Positions 44,265-54,774 of a DNA stretch of 64,000 nt are shown here, in pieces. This stretch comes from an uncultured Desulfobulbaceae bacterium. Lineage in GTDB: Bacteria; Desulfobacterota; Desulfobulbia; Desulfobulbales; BM004. Positions within the stretch are counted from its first letter, which is position 1. The number at the start of each line of letters is the position of its first letter. The notes below the pieces were generated by a model that had not been told where the DNA came from, searched no databases, and saw only the letters and a program-made list of their open reading frames with translations. The stretch spans positions 410 to 64,409 of the forward strand of contig CAMYKS010000005.1 of NCBI GenBank assembly GCA_947259115.1. Direction: 5' to 3'. The translations under genes were made by a program, and so were the position numbers.

Positions 44265-44696
44265 TTATATTGAACGAACTTCCTCACCGGTCAAAATCTT
44301 TATACCAGCATTCTGCAGAATTGTAATGGCCATATCAGGATCATCAAAGCGGAAAATGAGTACCGCATTCTCGCTGCTCTTTTCAACAAAGGCATACATG
44401 TATTCCACGTTTATCCCTGCCTCATGCAGTACAGCCAGCACCCTGCCGAGTCCGCCAGGCTTATCTGCCACCTCAACAGCAACCACATCTGTCTTGCCGA
44501 CCGTAAATCCCTCTTCCTTTAATACCCGTGTTGCCTTATCAGTGTCATCCACAATCAAACGCAGAATACCAAAATCAGCGGTATCTGCCACAGAAAGGGC
44601 CCGGATATTGATATTGTTGTCACTTAAGGCCTTGGTAATTGCAGCCAGACGTCCGGACTTATTCTCTAAAAATACGGCAATTTGATCAACTTTCAT
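44265..44696 (-). CDS. Tandem ACT-domain protein
   Basis: Two ~65-aa ACT repeats ([32 protein letters not shown]; [33 protein letters not shown]). Confidence 0.8.
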   Translation of the reverse strand: MKVDQIAVFLENKSGRLAAITKALSDNNINIRALSVADTADFGILRLIVDDTDKATRVLKEEGFTVGKTDVVAVEVADKPGGLGRVLAVLHEAGINVEYMYAFVEKSSENAVLIFRFDDPDMAITILQNAGIKILTGEEVRSI

Positions 44697-44784
44697 ATCC
44701 CACCTCTCGCTGGACTCGGATCAAAGGTTGGCAACACTGTTCTACCTGAAAATGGACAATTGCAAAACAGTATTGTTTTAAATA

Positions 44785-46086
44785 CTAAATTTTACGGTTG
44801 TCAATCACCCGTTTTGCCTTGCCTTCACTTCTCTGGATCGTCTTCGGTTCTACCAGGGTGATCTTGCAGGAGGAACCGATCAGGTCTTTTATCTCCACCT
44901 GGATGCGTTTACTTAATTTCTCCAGGTTCTTCACTTCATCGGAGAAAAGCTGCTCACTCACCTCAACCTGGACTTCCATGGTGTCCATGGAGCCTTCCCG
45001 GTTGACGATGATCTGGTAATGCGGCTCAACCCCCTCAATACCCATGAGCACATGCTCTACCTGGGTGGGGAAGACGTTGACGCCGCGGATAATCAGCATG
45101 TCGTCGGTGCGGCCGGTAATTTTTTCCATGCGCATAAATGTCCTGCCGCATATACAGGGTTCGGCAATAAGCCTGGTGATATCCTTAGTCCGGTAACGGA
45201 TAAGTGGGAAGGCCTGCTTGGTCAGGGTGGTGAACACAAGCTCGCCCTTCTCGCCCAGGGGCAGCACTTGGCCGCTATCCGGGTCAATGATCTCCGGCAT
45301 AAAGTGGTCCTCGAAAATATGCATGCCATGCTGCGCTTCAATACATTCCATGGAAACACCCGGCCCGATAATTTCACTCAGGCCGTAAATGTCAATGGCC
45401 TTCAAACCCAGCTTTTTTTCCACCTCTTCCCGCATGTTCTCGCTCCATGGTTCCGCCCCGAAAATACCGACCCGGAGGGAAAGCTTGGAGGAATCCACAC
45501 CCATGTCTTCCATGGTCTCAGCAATATTCAAGGCATAGGACGGGGTGGCCAGCAGGACATTGGAGCCGAAATCCTGCATGATCATAATCTGCCTCTTGGT
45601 CTGGCCGCCGGAGATCGGCACCACCGTGGCGCCCAGCTTCTCGGCTCCGTAGTGAGCCCCGAGACCGCCGGTGAAGAGGCCGTAGCCATAGGCATTATGC
45701 ACCACATCGCCCCGGTGTACACCGCCACAGGCCAGTGCCCGGGCCATGACCTCGGCCCATGTCTCAATATCCCTTTTGGTGTAACCGACCACCGTTGGTT
45801 TGCCCGTGGTCCCTGATGAGGCATGCACCCGGACAACCTGATCCAGGGGCAGGGTGAAAAGTCCGAAGGGATAATTGTCCCGCAAAAAATCCTTGGTGGT
45901 AAAAGGCAGCTTCTGCAGATCTGCCAGAGATCTAATATGCTCCGGCTTTATGCCAGCTTCATCCATTTTATCACGGTAAGGCTTTACCCGGTAATAACTG
46001 CGCTGCACCAGGTCTTTCAGCCTTTTGAGCTGCAGGATTTCCAGCTCCTCACGTGGCAGTGTTTCAAACTCTTCGTTCCAAATCAT
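44785..46086 (-). CDS. paaK: Phenylacetate-CoA ligase family (PaaK-like), second copy
   Basis: [50 protein letters not shown]...C.CGRT; 433 aa. Confidence 0.85.
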   Translation of the reverse strand: MIWNEEFETLPREELEILQLKRLKDLVQRSYYRVKPYRDKMDEAGIKPEHIRSLADLQKLPFTTKDFLRDNYPFGLFTLPLDQVVRVHASSGTTGKPTVVGYTKRDIETWAEVMARALACGGVHRGDVVHNAYGYGLFTGGLGAHYGAEKLGATVVPISGGQTKRQIMIMQDFGSNVLLATPSYALNIAETMEDMGVDSSKLSLRVGIFGAEPWSENMREEVEKKLGLKAIDIYGLSEIIGPGVSMECIEAQHGMHIFEDHFMPEIIDPDSGQVLPLGEKGELVFTTLTKQAFPLIRYRTKDITRLIAEPCICGRTFMRMEKITGRTDDMLIIRGVNVFPTQVEHVLMGIEGVEPHYQIIVNREGSMDTMEVQVEVSEQLFSDEVKNLEKLSKRIQVEIKDLIGSSCKITLVEPKTIQRSEGKAKRVIDNRKI

Positions 46087-46096
46087 CCCTGTCTCC

Positions 46097-46687
46097 TCAG
46101 CCGGTTTGCGCTGCTATCTTTCTGCCTTCCTGAAAGGCCTTGATATTGACATCCCGGAACCGTTCAGGAATCCGTTCATGCATAACATCCACATATACCT
46201 GCTCGTCAACGGGCAGATAGGTGGAAAGTACGCCGACCATGACAATATTGACCGCCCGCACTTCACCGACATTACTGGCAATTTCAAAGGCGTCAAGCTC
46301 TTTGACATGGATATTCCGGCTGGTCAGTTCGGCAAGCACATTTTCCGGGTAGCCCATCTTACCCGTGGCAACGGCCGGCGGATAAATTTTATGGGTGTTT
46401 ACTATAACCTTGGTGTCATTATGCATAAATGGCAGGTAACGCACTGCTTCCATCATTTCAAAGGAAACTACTATATCCGCTTCACCCGCACTGATCAACG
46501 GCGAGTAAACCTCTGTGCCATAGCGCAGATTTGCAGTTACCGAACCGCCGCGTTGGGCCATGCCGTGCACCTCGCTCTTCCGGACCTCCTTGCCTGCAGC
46601 CAGCAAGCTGTAGGCCGTCACCTCGCTGGCCAGCAGAATGCCCTGGCCGCCGACGCCGCAAAAGAGAATATTTCCCTGTTCACCCAT
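46097..46687 (-). CDS. iorB: Indolepyruvate:ferredoxin oxidoreductase subunit beta
   Basis: [16 protein letters not shown]...[10 protein letters not shown]. The start overlaps the iorA stop (TAATG). Confidence 0.85.
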   Translation of the reverse strand: MGEQGNILFCGVGGQGILLASEVTAYSLLAAGKEVRKSEVHGMAQRGGSVTANLRYGTEVYSPLISAGEADIVVSFEMMEAVRYLPFMHNDTKVIVNTHKIYPPAVATGKMGYPENVLAELTSRNIHVKELDAFEIASNVGEVRAVNIVMVGVLSTYLPVDEQVYVDVMHERIPERFRDVNIKAFQEGRKIAAQTG

Positions 46688-48495
46688 TACCTGCCCTCCT
46701 CTTTACCTATGGCGTCAAACTTGCAAAGTTCAGCACATTGTCCGCAGCCGTTGCACAACTCGACACTGATCTCTGAGTAACCTTTTTGTTTTTCCTTGAA
46801 ACCCAGCTTGGCTCCTTCCTCCTGAGTTACCGGCACCCAGTGGATGGCCGGACAACCCAGGCCGAGGCAGGCCTTGCAGCCGGTACAGTTTTCGATCGCT
46901 GTCCGATACGGCACTTTTTCCCGCTTCTTTTCAGAAGGTATCAGGACACAGGGTGCCCGGCTGATCACCACCGAGGGCTCTTCGCGGTTAATTTCCTCTT
47001 TCAGAACCTTTTTGGTTGCATCTATCTCATGGGGATTAACCGTAACCACATTTTTCACACCTATGGCCCTGCAGAGTTCTTCAAAGTTGAGCATCTGTGC
47101 GGGTTCGCCCTTGATAGTGGTGCCCGAGGCAGGATTGGGTTGCTGGCCGGTCATGGCCGTAATGCGGTTATCAACAATAATAACAGTGGAATAGCTGTTA
47201 TTATATACAATATTAATCAAGCCCGTGATGCCCGAGTGGACGAAGGTTGAGTCGCCGATAACCGCGACCTCTTTACCCATGCCCTCTTCGCCCAGGGCCT
47301 TGGCCATACCGTGCACTCCCGAGACCCCGGCGCCCATGCAGACACATGAATCCATGGAGGATAAAGGCGGCAGAAACCCCAGGGTATAGCAGCCAATATC
47401 ACCGGCAACAAAGACCTTTTGTTTTGACAGCGCGTAAAAAAGGCCACGGTGCGGACATCCGGGGCACATATTCGGTGGCCGGGGCGGCAATGCAACCGGG
47501 GCAAATTTGGCTGAATCTTCACCGGTGATTGCTTTTTTGATAATACCCGGGTTCAATTCGCCTTCGGCAGGTATTAGGTCCTTGCCGTGGCACCTGATAC
47601 CCATGGCCTTGATATGCAGCTCAAGGAAGGGATCAAGCTCCTCCACAATAAAAAGTTCATCCACCTGTTCGGCAAAACTTCTGATCATCTTCTCCGGCAG
47701 AGGCCATACCATGCCCAGTTTCAAAACCGAGGCATCGGGAAAGGCCTCCTTGACATACATATAGGAAATGCCGCTGGTAATAAACCCCCTAGTACCGTCT
47801 CCCCATTCGATCCGGTTTTCCGGAAAACTCTCGGCAAAGTCTTTGAGTCGCTGCATGCGTTCCGTAACAAACTTGCGCCTGTTTCTGGCATTGGCCGGCA
47901 GCATGACAAACTTGGCAGCATCCTTGACTATTTCCGCCTTCACGGACGAACCTGTTTTTTCGCCGGGCGCCACCTGTCCCTTGACATGGGCAATGCGGGT
48001 CGTTGTCCGCACTATGACCGGGGTGTCATATCCTTCGCTTATCCAAAAGGCTGTCTTCAGAAACTCCTTGGCCTCTTCCGGGTCGCAGGGTTCCAGCATG
48101 GGCAGCTTGGCTGCAAAGGCATAGTTGCGGTTGTCCTGCTCGTTCTGGGAGCTGTGCATCTCGGGGTCGTCGGCATTGATAATGACCAGGCCACCCCGGA
48201 TGCCGGTGTAAGAAGAAGTGAAAAGCGGATCGGCCGCCACGTTCATGCCCACATGTTTCATGGTGGCCAGGGCTCTGACCCCTACAAAAGAAGCGCCCAG
48301 GGCGACTTCCAATCCCACTTTTTCATTGGGGGCCCACTCCGTATACACTCCTTCATATTTTGAGAGATTTTCCATAATCTCGGTGGAGGGCGTTCCCGGG
48401 TAGCCTGAGGCAACTTTGACCCCAGCCTCATAGGCTCCAAGGGCCAGGGCTTCATTGCCGGAAAGCCAGAGTTTATCAGTAGATTTTGCTGTCAC
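46687..48495 (-). CDS. iorA: Indolepyruvate:ferredoxin oxidoreductase subunit alpha
   Basis: LSGNEALALGAYEAGVKVASGYPGTPS, TPP region GDSTFVHSG, two ferredoxin motifs CTGCKACLGLGCP and CNGCGQCAELC. The start is set at GTG 48495 because AGGAGG lies 7 nt upstream; the listed ORF extends to 48552. Confidence 0.88.
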   Translation of the reverse strand: MTAKSTDKLWLSGNEALALGAYEAGVKVASGYPGTPSTEIMENLSKYEGVYTEWAPNEKVGLEVALGASFVGVRALATMKHVGMNVAADPLFTSSYTGIRGGLVIINADDPEMHSSQNEQDNRNYAFAAKLPMLEPCDPEEAKEFLKTAFWISEGYDTPVIVRTTTRIAHVKGQVAPGEKTGSSVKAEIVKDAAKFVMLPANARNRRKFVTERMQRLKDFAESFPENRIEWGDGTRGFITSGISYMYVKEAFPDASVLKLGMVWPLPEKMIRSFAEQVDELFIVEELDPFLELHIKAMGIRCHGKDLIPAEGELNPGIIKKAITGEDSAKFAPVALPPRPPNMCPGCPHRGLFYALSKQKVFVAGDIGCYTLGFLPPLSSMDSCVCMGAGVSGVHGMAKALGEEGMGKEVAVIGDSTFVHSGITGLINIVYNNSYSTVIIVDNRITAMTGQQPNPASGTTIKGEPAQMLNFEELCRAIGVKNVVTVNPHEIDATKKVLKEEINREEPSVVISRAPCVLIPSEKKREKVPYRTAIENCTGCKACLGLGCPAIHWVPVTQEEGAKLGFKEKQKGYSEISVELCNGCGQCAELCKFDAIGKEEGR

Positions 48496-48712
48496 GTTTA
48501 ACCTCCTGTGAGTCATAAAAAAGATGAAACCATACTCTGATCTCATCACCATTTCTTAATAGATAGGATTAACTAGGTGAAAATACCCAAAGCACTTGGA
48601 ATGGGCAAGTGTTTTTTATCTATTTATAAGGACGAACTGAGGCTTTCCTGATCGGACGCATGAACAAAATTCGGTTGAAGTTTGTCAGGCAGTGGATTAA
48701 TTATGTCACATC

Positions 48713-48788
48713 GGGCGATTAACTCAGTGGTAAGAGTGCCACCTTCACACGGTGGAAGTCACAGGTTCGAATCCCGTATCGCCCACCA
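48713..48788 (+). tRNA. tRNA-Val (anticodon CAC)
   Basis: GGGCGAT acceptor pairs with ATCGCCC, followed by A-CCA. D-arm AACTCAGTGGTAAGAG. Anticodon stem CCACC/GGTGG with loop TTCACAC. T-arm CAGGTTCGAATCCCG. Length 76 nt with encoded CCA. Confidence 0.9.
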
Positions 48789-48800
48789 GAAGCTAAAGAA

Positions 48801-48831
48801 AAGGGTTGCGCTTTGGGTCGCAACCCTTTTT
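48801..48831 (+). terminator. Rho-independent terminator after the tRNA
   Basis: AAGGGTTGCG-ctttgggt-CGCAACCCTT followed by TTT. Confidence 0.75.
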
Positions 48832-48857
48832 ACAGAACTATCCTGCCAGGAAAAACC

Positions 48858-49535
48858 ATGTGCGGCCGTTTCGCTCTGAAAGCTCCTCCCCGGTCCATTC
48901 AGGAACACTTTCACATTCCTGAAACTGTTGTCCTTTCTCCCAGATACAATATAGCTCCTTCACAGGAGGTCGCTGTTGTCAGGCACCTGCAGGGGAATAA
49001 TTCACGCCAACTGGATATGTTGCGCTGGGGACTTATCCCCGACTGGGCAAAAGACATGAAGATCGGTTACAAAATGATCAATGGACGGGCTGAAACCCTG
49101 GCACAGAAACCCTCTTTTCGGGTAGCCTTCAAAAAAAGACGCTGCTTGATTGCGGCCGACGGCTTTTACGAGTGGCAGCATAAAGGCAAAGCGAGACAAC
49201 CCTTTTTTGTGCAGTTGAAAACAGGGGTTGTTTTCGGTTTTGCCGGGCTCTGGGAGTCCTGGCGCAGCCCGGATGGAAGCACGGTGGAATCATGCACTAT
49301 TATCACCACCTCACCCAACAAACTCTTACGGGAGATTCACGACCGTATGCCTGTCATCATTCCTCCCGAACATTATGAAACCTGGCTGCAGAGCACCACC
49401 CGGGAGCAGACTTTGCAGGAGCTTCTCGCACCCTATCCTGCAGAAAAAATGGAGACATACCGGGTCAGTTCAGAAGTAAACAACCCGAAGAATGATACGC
49501 CGGAATGTATAGAGCCAACTCAATTTATGATCTAA
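48858..49535 (+). CDS. SOS-response-associated peptidase (SRAP/YedK family, abasic-site processing)
   Basis: Start moved to MCGRFAL (the catalytic Cys2 hallmark). RYNIAPSQ, MLRWGLIPDW, NGRAETL, ADGFYEW, RMPVII. Confidence 0.85.
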   Translation: MCGRFALKAPPRSIQEHFHIPETVVLSPRYNIAPSQEVAVVRHLQGNNSRQLDMLRWGLIPDWAKDMKIGYKMINGRAETLAQKPSFRVAFKKRRCLIAADGFYEWQHKGKARQPFFVQLKTGVVFGFAGLWESWRSPDGSTVESCTIITTSPNKLLREIHDRMPVIIPPEHYETWLQSTTREQTLQELLAPYPAEKMETYRVSSEVNNPKNDTPECIEPTQFMI

Positions 49536-49861
49536 AGGTTTTGTATCTGATTTGGGCTTCCGTGAAGTTGCATCTTAGGCGCAGCATTTGAATACTTTTT
49601 ATTAAACTCAAGATAATGTGCAGCGTAATATTTCAATGAAATATAGCGTAACATGCCGTAGAATTCAAAAAAGTTTGAAGCTCCCCGCAGCAAACTGCGG
49701 GTAAGCTTCTTGCGTAAGGAACAATACTTTATCAAATTCGCTCGCTAAACTACGGCAAGCCGCAATAAATACGCTCGCTGATCGTGTTCAACCAGCAAGG
49801 AAAAGAAGCAACACGGCATGTAATCATACATGGATAAAAATACTAAATATCCTTTTAGAAC

Positions 49862-50707
49862 ATGAAAGACGACGCCTGCATATGTTTTCTGCAATGGGCC
49901 CTGCCGCTCCTGCACATGCGCTGGCCCGGCTTCCGCAAGGTGCGCGGCCAGGTGTGCAAACGTCTGGCCCGCAGGCTTGAAGAACTGCAGCTCGCCAACC
50001 TGAAAGACTACCGCTCCCACCTGCTGGACAATCCCTTGGAATGGCATATCCTTGACTCCATGTGCCGTATTACCATCTCCAGATTTTATCGTGACAGGGG
50101 GGTCTATAACAATCTGCAATCACAGATTTTCCCCGAACTCATTGACAATGCGAAGCTCAGAGGAGACAAAAACCTTTCCTGCTGGTGCATCGGCGGAGCC
50201 TCCGGCGAAGAGCCTTACTCCGTCAGTTTGTTATGGGAACTTTCGGGACTGGAAAGGAAGGGCATTGATTTAAAAATCCTGGCCACGGAAGTTGATCAAG
50301 CTATGATCAACCGGGCCAGGGTCGGCTGCTATCCAGCGAGCTCCATCCGTGAACTTCCCGCTCTCATGATGGGTCGGGCATTTTCACTACAGGGTGGCCG
50401 CCTCTGTTTAAAAGAAAAATACAAGGAGCGGGTACATTTCCTGCAGCAGGATATCAGGAACGAACAGCCCGCTGCAACCTTTGATCTCATCCTCTGCCGC
50501 AACCTGGTGTTCACCTATTTTTCCGAGGAGCTGCAGGAAGAAATCGGACAGGAAATCATCGAGCGTTTAACACCGGGGGGCTTCCTGGTCCTCGGCACTC
50601 ACGAAAGGTTTCCAAAAACATTGAAGGACCTAACTCAATGTCTGCAGGGACAGTCAATTATAAAAAAAGAAGGTGGTAAAATTTCGAGGGATAAGCAAAC
50701 AAGGTAG
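49862..50707 (+). CDS. CheR-type SAM-dependent methyltransferase
   Basis: ISRFYRD, CWCIGGASGEEPYSVSLLW, ILATEVDQAMINRARVGCY, FDLILCRNLVFTYF, LTPGGFLVLG. Confidence 0.75.
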   Translation: MKDDACICFLQWALPLLHMRWPGFRKVRGQVCKRLARRLEELQLANLKDYRSHLLDNPLEWHILDSMCRITISRFYRDRGVYNNLQSQIFPELIDNAKLRGDKNLSCWCIGGASGEEPYSVSLLWELSGLERKGIDLKILATEVDQAMINRARVGCYPASSIRELPALMMGRAFSLQGGRLCLKEKYKERVHFLQQDIRNEQPAATFDLILCRNLVFTYFSEELQEEIGQEIIERLTPGGFLVLGTHERFPKTLKDLTQCLQGQSIIKKEGGKISRDKQTR

Positions 50708-50876
50708 CCCTGGAACAAATCAATCAAAAGTGTCAATGATAAAGATTTGCTCCCCTTGCAGGGCATCTTTCTTAAGATGGGCATTGCCGAAGAAAGGGGA
50801 TGCGATAACGGCGGGTGATACGTCAATTTTCAGACAGGGGAGAAAAACTTCGGTAGCTGATTGCTCTGGGGATGAA

Positions 50877-51251
50877 CTATTGAGGTTTAAAGGGTATATA
50901 CGATTGTACCTTGTTGAGGAACTCAGAGTCACTACTGGATTTCATTATGTATCCATCTGCACCGCACTCATTAACCAGTTCCCGTAGTTCATTTCTATCT
51001 TTTACAGAATATAAAACGATCTTGGTTGCTAGATTACTCTCCCGTACTATTTTTGCGATACTATTTCCCGTCAGACCCGGCATTGAGACATCAAGCAGCA
51101 CACAATCAGGTTTAACTCTCATGATTTCCGATGTGGTACCCAAAGGCCTGGACCTTGTAATAACTTCATACCCTGCTTCTTCGAGTTTAATCCTTGTAAC
51201 GTCCAGGGTAATTGCGCAGTCATCGACCACCATAATTATGGGTTTTTTCAT
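50877..51251 (-). CDS. Single-domain response regulator (receiver only)
   Basis: Start moved to MKKPIIMVVDD (GGGGA upstream). VLLDVSMPGLTG, VLYS, GADGYIMK. Confidence 0.85.
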   Translation of the reverse strand: MKKPIIMVVDDCAITLDVTRIKLEEAGYEVITRSRPLGTTSEIMRVKPDCVLLDVSMPGLTGNSIAKIVRESNLATKIVLYSVKDRNELRELVNECGADGYIMKSSSDSEFLNKVQSYIPFKPQ

Positions 51252-51576
51252 GTTGTCCCCTTCTGTTGAAACCAACTCATAAAAGTTAGGCGCGTACACA
51301 TACAATCAACCAAACCACAAAGACACTTTAAAATATTCCGCAGATATATCAACTAAATAGAAGATTTGACATGGATAGAAGGTACTCCTTTTTATCTCCG
51401 ACGTTGATAAACGGGCGGTCATCTCACCGCACTCCGATTCATGTCACAAATAAAACCGAAAATAAGGTATAAAGATGGCGCCCATGTTGGATGTTAAGCG
51501 ATTGCTGATCTTATGGCAACTAATCCTGCCATTAAATTTAAGTTGACATTGACATATTTTTTACCAATATGGGCCA

Positions 51577-53022
51577 ATGTCAAAAGCAGCCCCTCAAACA
51601 CTTCCCACGACCCGGAACTGGCTCATTTTTTTCATGGTTGCCATCGGCATCTTCATGGCAACCCTGGACGGTTCCATAGTTAATATAGCCCTGCCTTCCA
51701 TCATGGCTGATTTCGGGGTTCCCCTTGCAGTCATCCAGTGGGTTGTCATGGTATACCTTTTAACCGTTACCTCATTGTTATTATCCTTTGGCAGACTGAG
51801 TGACATTAAAGGCCGACGCATCGTCTACAGTTCAGGCCTCCTCCTCTTTTCCCTGGGCTCACTTTTCTGCGCCCTGGCACCTTCCGCCCATTGGCTCATC
51901 GCGTCCCGTTTTTTCCAGGGGCTTGGTGCTGCAATGACCATGGCCTGTACTCCGGCCCTCATCGTTGACACCTTTCCAGAGGCCGAACGCGGCAGGGCCA
52001 TAGGTATGATGGGTTCAGTCGTGGCCATAGGCCTGACCGCAGGCCCTGCCCTGGGTGGCATCTTGACCCATTACTTTTCCTGGCGCGCCATTTTCTACAT
52101 TAATATCCCAATCGGCTTCCTTACCGCTGCCGGAGTTTTTTTTCTCCTCAAGGGCTCCAAGGCGGATATTACCAGGCCGGAGGAAACCTTTGACTGGCCC
52201 GGAGCAGTTATTCTGGCCGTGCTCTTGGGCACTCTGCTCATGGCCATCACCCATGCCTATGACTGGGGCTATTTTTCCGTTCCCACCATTTCTTTACTGA
52301 CCATTGCAATGATGGCTGCAGTCTCTCTTCTTTATGTTGAAACCAGAGTCCGGCACCCAATACTTTCACGTTCCCTATTTGCGATCAGACTCTTTTCCAT
52401 GCCCATCCTGGCAGCGGTCATCCTCTTTGTCTGTCTCTTTACCCTTGTTTTCCTCATGCCGTTTTATCTGATTCATCCGGGCGGTTACCCGGTCAATGTC
52501 GTGGGCGGTATCATGGCCTGCATTTTTGTTGCTCTCTTTGTTGTTTCTCCGTTTTCAGGGGCACTTTTTGACCGAATCGGTTCACGTTTTCTCTGCACTC
52601 TGGCCATGGGTCTTGTTGCCTGCTCACTTTTCTCCCTTGCCACCATCCCTGCCAAGGCCTCCATTTTCTCCATAATCTGGCGTCTTTCCCTGGCCGGCAT
52701 CGGCACCGCTGTTTTCCTGCCGCCCAACAGCGCTGCGGCTTTCAGCGCCGTGGCACCAAAAAACCGCGGTGTGGCTTCTGCAACTGTCGCTGCCGCCCGC
52801 AACCTTGGAATGGTCCTGGGAGTTGCCATAGGCGGCGCAATCTTTAACAGTGTTTTTTTCAAGTTAAGCAACGGCTTAAGTTTGCAGGAGTACCAACCGC
52901 CCCTGGAAGGAATCTTCATGGACAGCTTTCATTATGTCATGCTGGGAGGAGGCATTATCGCTGTCCTTGGCATGGTCATTGCCTATCTGCGCGGCCCGGA
53001 GAAGACAAACAGCGGGCGCTGA
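51577..53022 (+). CDS. MFS transporter, DHA2 (EmrB/QacA, 14-TMS) type
   Basis: LDGSIVNIALPSI, GRLSDIKGRR; ~14 hydrophobic segments; 481 aa. Confidence 0.85.
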   Translation: MSKAAPQTLPTTRNWLIFFMVAIGIFMATLDGSIVNIALPSIMADFGVPLAVIQWVVMVYLLTVTSLLLSFGRLSDIKGRRIVYSSGLLLFSLGSLFCALAPSAHWLIASRFFQGLGAAMTMACTPALIVDTFPEAERGRAIGMMGSVVAIGLTAGPALGGILTHYFSWRAIFYINIPIGFLTAAGVFFLLKGSKADITRPEETFDWPGAVILAVLLGTLLMAITHAYDWGYFSVPTISLLTIAMMAAVSLLYVETRVRHPILSRSLFAIRLFSMPILAAVILFVCLFTLVFLMPFYLIHPGGYPVNVVGGIMACIFVALFVVSPFSGALFDRIGSRFLCTLAMGLVACSLFSLATIPAKASIFSIIWRLSLAGIGTAVFLPPNSAAAFSAVAPKNRGVASATVAAARNLGMVLGVAIGGAIFNSVFFKLSNGLSLQEYQPPLEGIFMDSFHYVMLGGGIIAVLGMVIAYLRGPEKTNSGR

Positions 53023-53218
53023 AATTAGAGACTGAAGCAACTATGAAAATATGCATCCTGCCCTTCGGTCCGATCTGGGCCAACATATATTCTTTCTGCA
53101 TTACTGTCCCAAATAGCCGTTGCCCGTTTTTTTGCAGTTGCATACTCATCATCGATACGGGTAAGTAATAGCTGACTGTAAAATATCTTCAGGGTTCGGG
53201 GAACGAGGGAGAAACTTT

Positions 53219-54766
53219 ATGATACTAGAGAATCATACGGGGCGGATTGGATTTCAACTTACACCAGTCGTTATTTTCATATTATTTCTGCTTGTTCCGC
53301 AACAGGTCATGGCTGTTGCTGATGCTGATGTCCGGGCCATAAAAGCGGCAAGACAGGGCATGATAGCGGTTGTTTCCTATATGCCTTCAAGGGCTGATAT
53401 TTTTCCTCCGGTTAAAACAAAAGAAAAGAGAATTTTAAGCCGGGCCCAGCGGCAGACAGCCCTGCTTACCTGGAAGAGGTTCATGGACCAGGTACTGGCC
53501 CTGGACCTGTTTGCCGGGAACTATGCGCAAGAATATGAAAACACAGAAGGTGAAACCAAAAAACAGGCCTTTGATCTTTTCTATGGTGCTTTTGTGGCCC
53601 AGTATCTCTATGCCATGGATTTTATCAGCCTGGCAGAGAACAACCCGGCCCTGCATATCGTCTTTAATGAACCTGTGCCGGAAATCGGCCTGCCGGAGAA
53701 CACCTACGCGGATTTGAAATTCCGCTTTCTGAATGTTATGCGCGGCGCTGAATTTGCGCGGCTGCATCTCATATACGCCTACTACAGCGGGGACAGGCAA
53801 CCACTGCTTGCAGAAGAAATTGGTGCAGACAGCCAGGCCATCTGGAAGGCGGGCCAGGGCAGAGGCCCGCAAATGACCCTGGAAAATGCCATGCAGATCG
53901 TGCAGGATACAGGCTTTACCGCCTGGTTCCCCCTGCAGAAGCAGGTATCTGAAATGATGGGTGATACCAAGGTGTGGCGGCCTGGAAAAACGCTGATAAG
54001 CAAAAAACAGATCAGTGATATGATAAAAAGTCTGGAGCCTGGAGATGTGCTCCTGGAAAGACGGGAATGGTATCTTTCAAATATCGGCATGCCGGGTTTC
54101 TGGCCCCATGTTGCTCTGTATATCGGCACGCCGGCACAGAGAAAAGAGTACTTTGACACGGCTGAAGTGAAGCAATGGCTGCAGGGACTGGGACATGAAA
54201 ACGCCAGTCTTGAGGAGTACCTGCAGGCCGTCTACCCTGAAGCCTACCGGCTCTCAGAAGCAAAACAGAACGACGCTGGACAGGTAAGGGTCATAGAAGC
54301 AAAAGGCGAAGGGGTTATCTTCACTTCCCTGGAATATTCCGCCGGGGCCGATTCAGTTGCCGCTATACGACCCAGGCTTTCTAAAGTTGCCAAGGCAAGG
54401 GCCATAATCAGGGCCTTTCATTACAGCGGCAGACCCTATGATTTTAACTTTGACTTTCTCACCGATGCGGAGCTTGTCTGTACGGAGCTTGTCTATAAGG
54501 CCTATGAGAGCTCAAAAGATATCAAAGGGCTGCACCTGCCTGTTGCTACAATAGTGGGGCGTGAGGTGACACCGGCAAATTATTTCGCCAAGCTCTTTGA
54601 CGAGGAATTCACCACCCATAGCAGGCAGTTTGATTTTGTCCTTTTTTATGATGCCGATGAAAGGGAGCAGAAAGCCTTTGCTGCAGACGCCGATGCTTTC
54701 CGGCAAAGCTGGAAAAGGCCCAAGTGGCACATTCTGGTTAAAGACACTGAAGATGGAGGCAACTGA
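53219..54766 (+). CDS. Secreted protein with C-terminal permuted-papain (YiiX/NlpC-P60 superfamily) hydrolase-like domain
   Basis: Signal-like N-terminus (VVIFILFLLVPQQVMAVA). C-terminal LEPGDVLLERREWYLSNIGMPGFWPHVALYIG ... YDFNFDFLTDAELVCTELVYKAY gives His-then-Cys order, as in permuted NlpC/P60/YiiX. The N-terminal ~250 aa were not recognised. Confidence 0.5.
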   Translation: MILENHTGRIGFQLTPVVIFILFLLVPQQVMAVADADVRAIKAARQGMIAVVSYMPSRADIFPPVKTKEKRILSRAQRQTALLTWKRFMDQVLALDLFAGNYAQEYENTEGETKKQAFDLFYGAFVAQYLYAMDFISLAENNPALHIVFNEPVPEIGLPENTYADLKFRFLNVMRGAEFARLHLIYAYYSGDRQPLLAEEIGADSQAIWKAGQGRGPQMTLENAMQIVQDTGFTAWFPLQKQVSEMMGDTKVWRPGKTLISKKQISDMIKSLEPGDVLLERREWYLSNIGMPGFWPHVALYIGTPAQRKEYFDTAEVKQWLQGLGHENASLEEYLQAVYPEAYRLSEAKQNDAGQVRVIEAKGEGVIFTSLEYSAGADSVAAIRPRLSKVAKARAIIRAFHYSGRPYDFNFDFLTDAELVCTELVYKAYESSKDIKGLHLPVATIVGREVTPANYFAKLFDEEFTTHSRQFDFVLFYDADEREQKAFAADADAFRQSWKRPKWHILVKDTEDGGN

Positions 54767-54774
54767 GACAGGTT

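Noticed and set aside
45019-45816. 265-aa ORF antisense to the second paaK (similar cases: 37930..38550, 47587..48363, 26155..26982, 46025..46780, 6086..6685, 3980..4636)
   Set aside because: All are mirror-frame ORFs inside strongly supported genes. They have biased composition (Gly/His/Arg/Leu-rich), no start context and no domain signatures.
51543-51570. Possible sigma-70 promoter TTGACA-16 nt-CAATAT placed so that the MFS mRNA would be nearly leaderless
   Set aside because: The -10 element is poor and a duplicated TTGACA makes the register ambiguous. It cannot be supported without transcription start mapping.
48713-51576. tRNA-Val-linked genomic island or prophage remnant
   Set aside because: I could find no integrase, transposase, phage genes or direct repeat of the tRNA 3' end. 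Kept only as a low-interest note.
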